NCBI GenBank assembly: GCA_050613775.1
Contig: JBODTK010000135.1
Span: 124,001-188,000 of the forward strand
DNA length: 64,000 nt
DNA from: Neocallimastix sp. 'constans'
Taxonomy: Eukaryota
Direction of reading: 5' to 3'
Shown one piece after another: positions 40,652-51,658 of the stretch. The first letter of the stretch is position 1. The number at the start of each line of letters is the position of its first letter. The notes under the pieces are model-generated. The model searched no databases and was not told where the DNA came from. It saw only the letters and a program-made list of their open reading frames with translations. A program made the translations under genes and the position numbers.

Positions 40652-42937
40652 TATGAAGGTTTATTAATGAGGTTATTTATGATAAATATGAATAGGTGAT
40701 TAGCAATGTTCAACATAATGAAATTTGCATCTATTCATACTAAAAATGCGGCTTGTTCTAGATTACTTTTAATTAATTACATTATATTATGTTTATATTA
40801 ATTATTATTCTAGATTCATTTAATATATAAATTCACATATTGTAACATTCCCCCTTAAACCTAGTTATTCTATAATGAATAAATTGGTTTACTGGTGAAT
40901 ATGTGAATATAAAGTTTTTCTAGTTTATAATATTAACTTGATATTATTAAGCTATTAATTATTTCTATTCTAAAATAATCCTTTAATTTTACATGAATAA
41001 AATATTATTACATTTTTTTAATTTCTTTAATTCGATTTAAATATTATTAAAATAATTTCTTAATTATATTTGTAATCAAATAATTTTCCCTTAAAACTAA
41101 GTATTTAATATTATTACACCATTAATATTAGATGTATCTAAAACATCTCTTATAAAATATGGTTTATATATTACCATTTGTATGATGGAAACCTTTCTCT
41201 TGAAGGGTGATATTATACCATATTTACACTTTTTAATAATATTTTGGGAGAATAATTAAACACAAATTAATTATAATATTTTTCATTTATAAGTAATTTA
41301 TTATATATTAATTCTAATTTAATTATAAATTAATGTTGTATATTCAAGTACTGTTTTGGATTATAAGTGGATTTAAAATGTGCATTTGTGATTAACCTCT
41401 TTAAATTGGATAAATATTATTGTATATTTTAATACATTATGTTCATATATTCTATGTTCCTTTTCTTTTCTCTGTCCACAAGTATTTATAGTTTTGAGTA
41501 TTGAATTAAATTTATAGTAATTAAATGGATATTTTTTAAAATGACATAAGGAGTAATTTTATGAAAGTTGACAAAATATTGAAAATTCTAAAAATGTAAT
41601 ATGTAATTGGCAAATAATGAATACTATAAATATACTGAAAATATTTAGGAAAGAAGTATATTTTATTTTGTTAACATAACTTGAGTTGAGGTTATTATCA
41701 GAAATTTCTTTATTATCAGTATCTGGGTCATCGAGATCGGGTTTATCATTTATTTCTGTGTCAATAGGATCGTAAATACAAGTATCATCTTTATTATGGT
41801 CTGAATTATTAGAAATACAGGCTTTATTGGCTAATCCTATGTTTACATATATTAATGTAATCTTGAACTTCATCTGTAATAATTGGATATTTGATATTTC
41901 CGTGATTTTTACCATCGTAATAACGAATATCATGACGATTATTTTCGGGATTTTTGTAATTGACGTGTGCCCATAAACAATTTTCAATAATAAATTATAG
42001 TATTGTATAATACTAAAAATTTTCTCCAAATATTGGATGTTCAGTACCACATGGTTGAAGGTCCACGGCTTCACTTTTCGTGTGTTTGACTATTACACTA
42101 ATTTTCTTTTGTTATATTAAAAAGTCTTTCAGAAAATTTATTACCATATTCACTTATTGAACAAGTTTCACTGACTCTTCTTCCAAAAAAAACATCATGT
42201 ATTTTAATAGCATAACCTACTGGACAAGAAATTTTATTTCCTTCTAATGATTCTGGTAGTACAAAACTCTTACACCACAAAATTTTGAAGTTATGATTGG
42301 TAATTCTGCAGTATATTTTGGTTTAATAGTTTCTTCATTTTCATTATCCGGTAAAACCATCGAAAATAAATATAAAGTATTTTTTATCGCTTTTCTCTCT
42401 ATCATTAAATTCATAATATTTTTACAATAAACGTTTATTATCTTTTGATGAACTATTATTTTCTTCTTTTTTATTTTCTTCTTTATTTTCTTCTTTTTTT
42501 ATTTTCTTCAATCTCAAATCATTTCAATATCAGAATTTCAGAATTTCAAAATTTCAAATTTTGAATTTCGAGATCTTAAAAAAAATTCTTGACATTATTT
42601 ATATCTGGCTGATAGAGAGATGTTGGATCGTGTCCGGCTGAGTAGCATAATTCGGTAGTTAACATAATAATGAAAACATTATTTTGTTTTCTTGATTAGA
42701 GTCAATGAGACTCTTAATCTGTTTTTTTATATGAAGTTTTATTAATAAGGTTATTTATGATAAATATGAATAGGTGATTAGCAATATTCAACATAATGAA
42801 ATTTACATCTATTTATACTAAAAATGTGGCTTGTTCTAGATTACTTTTAATTAATTACATTATATTATGTTTATATTAATAATTTATATTATTATTATTC
42901 TAGATTCATTTAATATATAAATTCACATATTGTAACA
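40652..42937 (-). mobile_element. Non-autonomous copia-type LTR element (~2.3 kb) carrying captured gene fragments
   Basis: 5' LTR at 42720-42937 (TG...CA). PBS GATTAAGAGTCTCA at 42706-42719 (same tRNA-Lys type). PPT AAGGGGGAA at 40848-40856. The 3' LTR (40652-40847) has lost its distal end. No recognisable RT or IN inside. Confidence 0.85.
41559..42290 (-). pseudogene. Captured chimeric host-gene fragments: Gal_lectin/SUEL-like N-part, unidentified middle, hydrophobic GPI/TM-like tail
   Basis: ISCPVGYAIKIHDVFFGRRVSETC fits the SUEL pattern (LSCP.G..I.I....YGR....TC). It is followed by ENCLWAHVNYKNPENNRHDIRYYDGKNHGNIKYPIITDEVQDYINICKHRISQ* and then an acidic linker plus SFLNIFSIFIVFII. Stops and frameshifts are present. 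Confidence 0.6.
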
Positions 42938-43261
42938 AAATTTATCTATATATTTTTATTAATATATATATTACTATATTATTAATATCTTATAATTAAA
43001 TATTATTATTGTAACTTACAAAGTATAAAAGAAAGATATAAAAATCTATCTTTTATGTTCTTTGTAAGGTTATTGTAAAATTACCTTAATAGTAATATAT
43101 TATAGATATTTCATTATTAAATAAAATAAATTATTTTAAAATCAAATTAATTTAATAATTTTAATTATCAAAGTTTATTAAAAATAAATTTTTATTAAAC
43201 TAAACCATTTAAATATTTATTATTATTATTATATATCTATATAGCATATTACTATATAGAA

Positions 43262-46200
43262 ATTAACTACTGCTCTGTCTTGGGATGAAGAAGCTTTAGT
43301 CTTATTTTTCTATAATGGACTTCACCCAAAGCTCCAAGAAGAAATAGATAAAATGGAAGAATTCCCTACAAAGCTTGGTGATATTTATACTAAGTGCATC
43401 TTATTTGAAAATAATATTAAAAGTAAGGACCAATTAAGAAATAATATTGGTAATGAAAATTCGAGAAAGAAACATTTAAGCCCACATGTAAACAATAACA
43501 AGAATTATAATAATAATAATTATTATTATACTAAAAATAAATCAAGCAATAATTATTTTAATAATAATAACAATAATAATAATCAACATAATAACCAAAA
43601 AAACTAATTGATGGACTTCAAAAGGAGTCTAGAACATCAAAAAATTTAAAAACAATTTATTATAATTTTCCTACACTTGATTCAATCAATAAATCAAATT
43701 TACCATCTACTTTTTTTTATTTAAATCCTATATTCCTATTAAATTTTTAAATAATTTTACAATTAAAAATTCAAAAATTCAAAAATTAACATCTGAATTT
43801 ATGTTAGATTCAGGATCCTTTTGCAATTTTATTACAGAAAAATTAGTAAATAAATTAAAATTAAATGTTCAAAAAATAAAAAATAAAATCCTAGTCAAAG
43901 GTATTTCAGGAAGAACAACCAAATTAGATTAATTTGTTTGGCTGAATTTCCAAATTAAATTTTTTAAAAATAGTAAATTTTATTTTCAAGATTTTAAAGA
44001 AAAATTCTTAATTTCAAAATGTATTCCTACTGATTTACTTTTTGGTAATCAGTTTATTAAGAAATTCAAAATACATTATAATTATAAAAATAACACCTTA
44101 TATTCTTATTTAAATTATAACTCTTTAAATAATTATAAAAATAAATCTATAAAAAATAAAGGAAATAATTTTTATTTAAATTCACTGAAAAGAAAAATTT
44201 TCAAAAATAAATTTTTCAAAAGAAAAATAAAAAATAAATTTTATTATAAAAATTTTTCAAAAAATCGATCAAAAAATTTTACAAAAAAAATCTCCAAAAA
44301 ATTTAATTTAAAAAATTATTCAAATTTCTCAAAAAATCCAAAGTTTAATAAATATAAAAATTCTATTAATAAAAATTCTAAAATTTATGTATATGTAAAA
44401 TATTTAAATAAATCTAAAAGTAAATTTTCTTCCAAAAAATTTAACAAAAATCATCAAGATTTGACTAACAATAAAAAAGAATTTAGTTATAATTTTTTAA
44501 TATATTGTTTCCTTTCAACGAAAGAAAAAGTTGAAATTGAAAATGAGGATCCAAAAATAGAAGAAATTCCTCATGAATATCAAGATTTAGCAATCGTATT
44601 TAGCAAAAAAGAGGCAGATAAATTACCTCCTCACCGTTTAACCGACTGTAAGATTGTTTTAGAAAAAGACGCTACACTCCATTATGGCCCAATTTATCCA
44701 TTAACTGAAGAAGAATCACAAGTTCTTAAGGATTATATAAAATAAAATTTAGAAAAAGGATTTATTAAACCATTAGAATCTCCTGCTGGATATTCTGTAC
44801 TTTTCCAAAAGAAAAAAGATGGTTCCCTTCGGTTATGTGTAGACTATAAAAAATTAAATGCAGTAACTATAAGAAATTCATATCCTCTCCCTCTAATAAC
44901 AGATATAATAGAAAAAGTAAAAGGAGCAAAATATTTTACGAAATTGGATTTACGTTCAGCTTATAATTTAATAAGAATTAAAGAAGGAGACGAATATAAA
45001 ACTGCGTTTAGAACTAAATATGGTCATTATGAATATTTAGTTATGCCGTTTGGATTAAAAAATGCGCCTGCCACTTTCCAATCATTTATTAACTCTATTC
45101 TTAGATCATACTTGGAAAAATGTGTAATCTTATATTTAGATGATATTTTAATTTATTCCAAAGATTTAGAGGAACATCATAATCAAGTCAGAAACGTCCA
45201 TCAAACTTTAATTAATAATAATTTATATACAAAATTAGAAAAATGTGAATTTGACCAGAATAAAGTTGAATTTTTAGGTTACATTTTATCTGGTGATGGT
45301 GTATCTACTGACCCAAAGAAAATTAAATCAATAGAAGAGTGGCCAAGGCCAGAGAATTTAAAAGATGTCCAAAGATTTATTGGCCTATGTAATTACTATA
45401 GAAGATTTGTTAAAGATTTTGCAAAAATTGCAAAACCTTTACATAATTTAACAAGAAAGAATATTAAATTTTTATGGACAAATGAATGTGAATATGCTTT
45501 TAAGGAATTAAAGAAAAGATTAATTACTTCTCCAATCAATTCTACTTCATCCTGATATTACAAAACCTTTTATAGTAGAATGTGATGCAAGTAATTATGC
45601 TATTGGTGCTGTTCTATCTCAAAGGGATAAATACAATAATTTACATCCAGTAGCATAATATTCTAGAAGTTTACTAAACGCCGAAATAAATTATACAATT
45701 ACTGATAAAGAACTACTCGCTATAAGGGATGCTTTTATTGCTTGGAGACATCTACTTCTTGGTGCTAAATACCAAATTACTGTTTATACGGATCATAGGA
45801 ACTTAATATACACATTAGGAGGAAAGGTTGCAAATCAAAGACAACACAGGTGGTACCTTTTCTTCCAAGAATATAATTTCATAATAAAGTATAGACAGGG
45901 AAAAAAAAACGGAAAACACAGTCTATCTAGAAGACGTGATAATATTAAAAACAACATTGAAGAAAAACCTGAAAATATTTTAGACATTAAAAATGTTAAA
46001 GAAATTCCATGTTTTGTTAGTATTGTAAGTGACCTTTTAGAAAGAATTATTGATTCTGCCAAACCTGATGCTACAGCTGAGGATATTCGACTTTACTTTA
46101 GTCCTCAAAATGTAAAAAATGATATGTCCTATAAGCCCTTTAGAAAAATGGAAAAATTTAAAATAAAGGACAATTTAATATTTTATAATAATCTAGTCTA

Positions 46201-48409
46201 TATTCCTGAAATTCTCCGATTAGAAATATTAACAAAATATCATTAAAAGCCCGCAGCCGGTCATTTAGGAATTAGAAGAACTTTAGAGTTAATAACAAGA
46301 AACTTTTGATGGCCTAAAATAAAAGAAGATGTAACCAAATATGTAAACTCTTGTCAATCCTGTGAAAGAAACAAAATAAATAGGCACAGAAAATATGGTC
46401 TTCTACAACCTTTGGATACTCCCGAAAGACCTTGGAAATCTATTGAAATAGACGTTTTATGCGGTCTTCCTGATTCTATAGGATATACAGTAATAATGGT
46501 AATTGTAGATCGTTTTTCTAAAATGATCCACTTAATTCCCTTTAAACAAATACCTGATGCAAAACAAGCTGCTAAGGCTTTTATGAATAATATCTTTAAA
46601 CTACATGGTTTACCTCAAGATATTTACACCGACAGAGGATCACAATTTACAAGTGCACTTTGGAATGAATTTATGCATTTATTAAAAATTAAAAATAATA
46701 TTGCTACCACAGATCATCATGAAACCGTCGGACAAGTTGATATAACTCTTTTATTAAACAATATCTTAGGGCTTATTCAAGAACTTATTATTATCATGAT
46801 GATTGAATTGATTGGATCTACCTTGCAGAATTTGCATATAATGATTCTGTTAATGAATCTACTAAGGAAACTTCTTACTTTATAAATTATGGGTTCCATT
46901 CTTCCATGGACGAATTCTTTTTATTACCTCAAATGGATACTAATTTTAAATATATAAAAAATGTAAATTCTAGTTTTAATCACATTAAAGACGTCTTACT
47001 ACGTTCCAAAGAATTATATAAAAGGCATGCTGATAAGAAAAGATTAGAACCTCCTGCTTTTAAAGAAGGTGACTTAGTATGGGTTCAAACTCCTCCTTCA
47101 CTCAATATCGAAGATAATTCTAAATTCTCGCCTTGTAAGTACGGACCTTATAAAGCACTTGAAGCTTTAGATAATAATAATTATAAAAATTATAAAATAG
47201 ATTTAAAAAGATCACCTTTCCTTAAACACCATCCAGTATTCCATATATCCGAACTCGATTCTTTCATTCCTACTCCTGCAGAATATATAAAAACAAGATC
47301 TCATGACTAATCTATTAAGGATATTATAGAAATCTCTGGATTTAGGACTAACTATAAGAAAAATTGTTATGAATATCGTGTAAGGTATAAATATAAAAAT
47401 ACAAATGATTGGGTTCCTTCAGAAGAAGTTGAAAACAACCCAAGAAATCAAGACATTTATTTATTATGTTTAAAGAATGGAAGGAAGTTTACTTCGATTG
47501 CATATAATTAAAAAAAAATTATTTTTTTATATTATTAATTCTTTAACTTTTATTTTATTATTATCAATTTTTTTAGTTAATTTTAATTTTTCAATAATTA
47601 CAACAGGAAATTTCAATTTCAAAAAATTCAAAATTCAAAAAACATAGCTATGTTACACTCTTAACAATCAATTTATAATTCAATATAATCATAATTTTAT
47701 AAATTATTATGATTTTCATTTTTTTAAAATTTAATGCAACAAACTAAAAAGTTAATTGAAATTAAAATTTCAAAATTTCAATTTCAAAAAATTTTAATCA
47801 AATACATTCAAAAATGGTACCATTATATTCCTAATCATCAATTTTATTAACAAAATTTTAATTTTACTAAATTTTAGAAATTTCAAAATTTCAATGAAAT
47901 AGTTACTTAAAAAAGGTTTCCTGTAAAAATTTAAAAAGACTCAAGTGACGTTCTTCCTTTGAAATTAAAAAATTTTTTAATTTACGAAATTTCAAAATTT
48001 TTCTATCAAAATTAACGCTTCCTTTATGTTACACAAAAATCGTCTTGAATCCGATTTTTTATGGAGGGCGTTGTTGAAATTATAACTGAATTGAATTTCA
48101 ATTATTTATATTATTTATTTAATTATAAACAATATATATATACATAATAATTGATATAAATTCTTTTGATTAATCCTTTGTAGGATTATTGTTAAAGTTT
48201 TAAGATAATTTGGTCTTAACGTTTAGTTCAAGATGCCAAATTATAGTAATTAATTAATTTATAATTTTAAATTTACTTTTATTTAAAACATATTGTTATT
48301 TAATAAATTTTAAAAGTAAGTTTTTATTTAAAATATATATTTTATTTAATCTTAATATTATTTTATTATATTATTATTTTATACAATTATTACTATAATT
48401 TAAATTGCA
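43262..48409 (+). mobile_element. Decayed Ty3/gypsy chromovirus (Tf1/Tf2-like): gag fragment-PR-RT-RH-IN-chromodomain, then PPT and LTR
   Basis: Gag WDEEALVLFFYNGL; PR FMLDSGS (~43798); [69 protein letters not shown]; chromodomain-like YEYRVRYKYKNTNDWVPSEEV (~47365-47430). Multiple stops and frameshifts. PPT-like GGAGGGCG at 48063-48070. Confidence 0.93.
48072..48409 (+). repeat. Gypsy LTR (TG...CA) followed by a putative self-priming PBS
   Basis: Begins TGTTG after the PPT. TATAAA at 48155. CCTTTGTAGGATTATTG (48175-48191) is exactly complementary to CAATAATCCTACAAAGG (48408-48424). The right boundary is inferred. Confidence 0.65.
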
Positions 48410-49227
48410 ATAATCCTACAAAGGATTATTGTAATTTAAATTAAACATGTATTTATATAAAATAATTAATTATTAAAATATTAATTATTAATATGAATAT
48501 GTAATAGTATTAAGTTTGATATTGATAATATAAAATAAGATAATAATATAAATATTTAATATAAATAAAATATAAGAATCTAACGAGGGTGGTGCGTTTC
48601 GGAATGTGGCTTTAAAAACTTTTACATAAATTTTCATTTCGGAATGTGGCTTATATTATTTTTTATAAATTTTTATTTATGAATATAATATTTAAAACAT
48701 TAAAATAATAAAAAATTACAGTTATAAATATAAATAAATATGAAAATATTTTATTTTATTTTTTTTGTATTTTATTTTTTTAATCTTTTTTTATTTTTTT
48801 AATCTTTTTTATTTTTTTAATCTTTTTTATTTTTTTTAATTTTTTTTTTTTTTTAATTTTTTTTATTTTTTTTATTTTTTTATTTTTTTTATTTTTTTAT
48901 TTTTTTTATTTTTTTATTTTTTTTATTTTTATATTTTTTATTATCAAATATATATTAAATTATGAAATTATTATATAATAAAATATTTATTTAATTATTA
49001 TTTAATTATTTATTTATATAAAATAATTTAAATATAATACGCCATTTCAAAAAACATGGGTTAGGATTTAGATAAATTAATTTTCGATGTTGATGAATAA
49101 CCAATAGAATAATATTATAATATACATTGTTTACATAGTAATATATAGAGCAATACATATATCAATATAAATACATTAATGTCACGTATATTATTTTTCA
49201 ATCTTATAATGATTGAAAAAATATAAA

Positions 49228-49302
49228 TAGAACCATTTTTGTCATGGTTCTAAAGTTCCAACTTATATAACATTAACACTTTTTTAATTAAGTTGGAACT
49301 TT
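49228..49302 (-). promoter_or_regulatory. Putative rolling-circle replication origin (two adjacent stem-loops, nonanucleotide TAATGTTAT)
   Basis: 9-bp stem TAGAACCAT/ATGGTTCTA (49228-49252), then a 14-bp perfect stem AAAGTTCCAACTTA/TAAGTTGGAACTTT (49252-49302). The second loop reads TAATGTTAT on the minus strand (49267-49275). The stem ends 16 bp upstream of the Rep ATG. Confidence 0.55.
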
Positions 49303-49318
49303 TTTTTTAACGACAAAA

Positions 49319-49771
49319 ATGGCTAGAAGAATTCAAAACGCTACTAGAATTGCTACCAGCATTAAAAAGAAGTTTTATATTAAAAACAAAAAGGAATTGT
49401 TATTAACTTTTGCCAGCGACTTTGGTGACCAATTATCTTTAGGCCTTATTTGTGAATTTTTTGATAAATGGACTACTACTAATGGATCAACTTATTGGAA
49501 AATCGTTGCTGCTAAAGAAAAGGGTGATAAGGATATTCCCCATGAACACTTTCATTTGTATTTATGTGTCAGAGATTGGTCTAAATCTTTTTCAACTGTT
49601 AAAGTTAATTGTTTTGATATTCAATTAAGGAATCCTGTTATAGCTATTTATAAAGAATTGAACCCAAACTTTGAAATTGAACCTAAACTTGAATTTGAAC
49701 TTGTACTTGAACTTGTACTTGTACTTGAACTTAAACATGAATCTGTATTTGAACTTGAATTTAAATTTTGA
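49319..49771 (+). pseudogene. rep: Truncated HUH-endonuclease Rep (CRESS-DNA virus/geminivirus-genomovirus-like); candidate endogenous viral element
   Basis: KFYIKNKKELLLTFA (motif I, cf. FxIxAKNYFLTYP); KIVAAKEKGDKDIPHEHFHLYL (motif II HuH); NCFDI (cf. GRS-region FFD). Homology stops near 49655, where a GAACTT hexamer repeat begins. No motif III or SF3 helicase is visible. Confidence 0.7.
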
Positions 49772-50207
49772 CTTGAACTTGTATTTGAGATTGAAGTAGT
49801 GAATAAATTGATATTATGTGATGAATTCACTTTTTCTGATAAGGCAAAATATTTCCTTTTGAGAGAAGAAAAACTATATTTATGATTCCTTTTGTTACAA
49901 TTAATAACATTAATTGAAGCACGTTTGAAACTATTAGCAATACATTCAGTAATAGATGTTATTTCTTCTTCAATACCTACTATTTTAATTTTAAAGAATA
50001 CATCGTTAAAATTAGCAATACGTTTAACTGATAAAACCTTAATATATAATTTTTTCAGAGTTTTCTTTAAATGTTTTCTCATTTTGATTTCTGGTCAAGA
50101 TCAAAGTCCGCGGATAAAGAGTAGTTTCATATTTTCCATTGGAATACCGTGGCACCTTGAACCTCTTAGAATGAAATTCTTTTTTTTTTTATATATTGGA
50201 TTTCCAT
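49648..50207 (-). pseudogene. Unidentified frameshifted ORF converging on rep
   Basis: MEIQYIKKK/EFHSKRFKVPRYSNGKYETTLYPRTL.../IKVLSVKRIANFNDVFFKIKIVGIEEEITSITECIANS... with a Ser-rich tail. Basic N-terminus; no firm family assignment. Confidence 0.35.
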
Positions 50208-51182
50208 AATAGTAATAAAAGAACTAAAAATAAATAAACTAAAAAAATAAAAAAATTAAAAGTCGGTTTTTATGATAAAGTCTAGAGTATAATGAGAATT
50301 GTAATAATTTAATATTTTTTTGGAGTAAGTAATTTCGATAATTAGTAGTTTGTTGAATGATTGAAAAATAATTTGATTTAGCTCTTTTTTCAGTAGATTA
50401 TTTAATTTGAATATCATTAAGTATTTAATGACTAAGATTGATTGAATTGATGAAATATAATGGCACAAAGTTAGTAAAGAGTTAAATAAATTACAACAAG
50501 ATTTAGAGTAAATCAATCACTTACAACGGGATACATGAAATATAAAGTTGAAATACAATTGAATACAATAGATTCTTACATGAGAATAGTAATACTACAT
50601 GATAATAGAAATACAATGAAAATGTATTACTTATTCTTGGGTGTAACTTTTTTTTTTACAATGTTCCAAAAATGCACCATTATATTCCGCGGTGAATGAT
50701 CACCAGAAAAAAAATTTTACCAATAACATTACCATTGCGCATAATGTTATTATTTAACACAAAATATAACTTTACGACTATTCTTCACCAGTACTGTGGA
50801 TCTACTTTATAAGAGTAAAGTTAATTCCCTTTTCAGGCAATTTATTATACGTAAATCGAGTACACCCCTGCTAGGGGACCAATTCCTTTTTATAATTTAA
50901 ATTTATAATATCTGTATCTCTTCCACCAAGAAAGAAGTTATATAATCTGTACCACGTCACATATATATTTATACTCTCATTATTCTAAAGGAATATATAA
51001 AAATAAATAAAATATTAACATAAAAAATTAACAAAATAAAGTAAATTTAGGATTTTGGACTCTTACATAATAAAAAATTAATATAAATATATTAAATTAA
51101 ATATATTAATGTAATATTTTAATTATTTAAATACATCAGGAAGTATATATTGTTAAACAATTAAATAAATAATTAAATATTA

Positions 51183-51215
<33 letters not shown>

Positions 51216-51658
51216 TAATAGTAGTAGTAGTAGTAGTAACAGTAAAAACACAATTTAAAACAAAAAATTACAAATAAAAATCATAACGTTAAGTCTCATT
51301 TATTTATTCTTTACATTATTTTTATTTTTATTTATTTTTATTTTTATTTTCACTTCGTACTATTACTTATTTTATAGTAATAGTAAATTTAATTTTATTT
51401 TTTAACTTTATCTTATTTTAATTTATTTAATTTTTTTAAAGTTTTTTTTTTTTTTTTTTTTAATTTATATTTATTATATGATTTTATTACTATTAATTTT
51501 ATTGAGCCTTTTTTTTTCTTATTTTTGAAATAAATTTATTTTTAATGATCATATACAAGTTTATTGTTAAATGATCACTATATTTTAAATTAATCTAATA
51601 ATATAATTATATATATTCAAATTCAAAGTTAATTTTTTTAATTTACTTAAAAAAATTT

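Noticed and set aside
42630..42720. tRNA-Lys gene on the + strand
   Set aside because: Only discontinuous pieces of the 5' half, with no T-arm or acceptor; explained as the PBS of a minus-strand LTR element.
40395..48409. One intact gypsy element with paired LTRs and a nested copia-type insertion
   Set aside because: LTR similarity covers only ~100 bp with indels, the gag 5' part and PBS are missing, and no TSD was found. Nesting is plausible but unsupported.
48780..48940. Telomere-like (TTTTTTTA)n array
   Set aside because: A simple A/T repeat without G-rich units, at an internal position.
49319..49771. Helitron RepHel transposase
   Set aside because: The motif context (LTF near the N-terminus, E..D..PH.HuH, FD) and the origin hairpin fit gemini/genomovirus-type Rep better, and no Pif1 helicase or Helitron termini were seen. 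A Replitron-like HUH transposon is not fully excluded.
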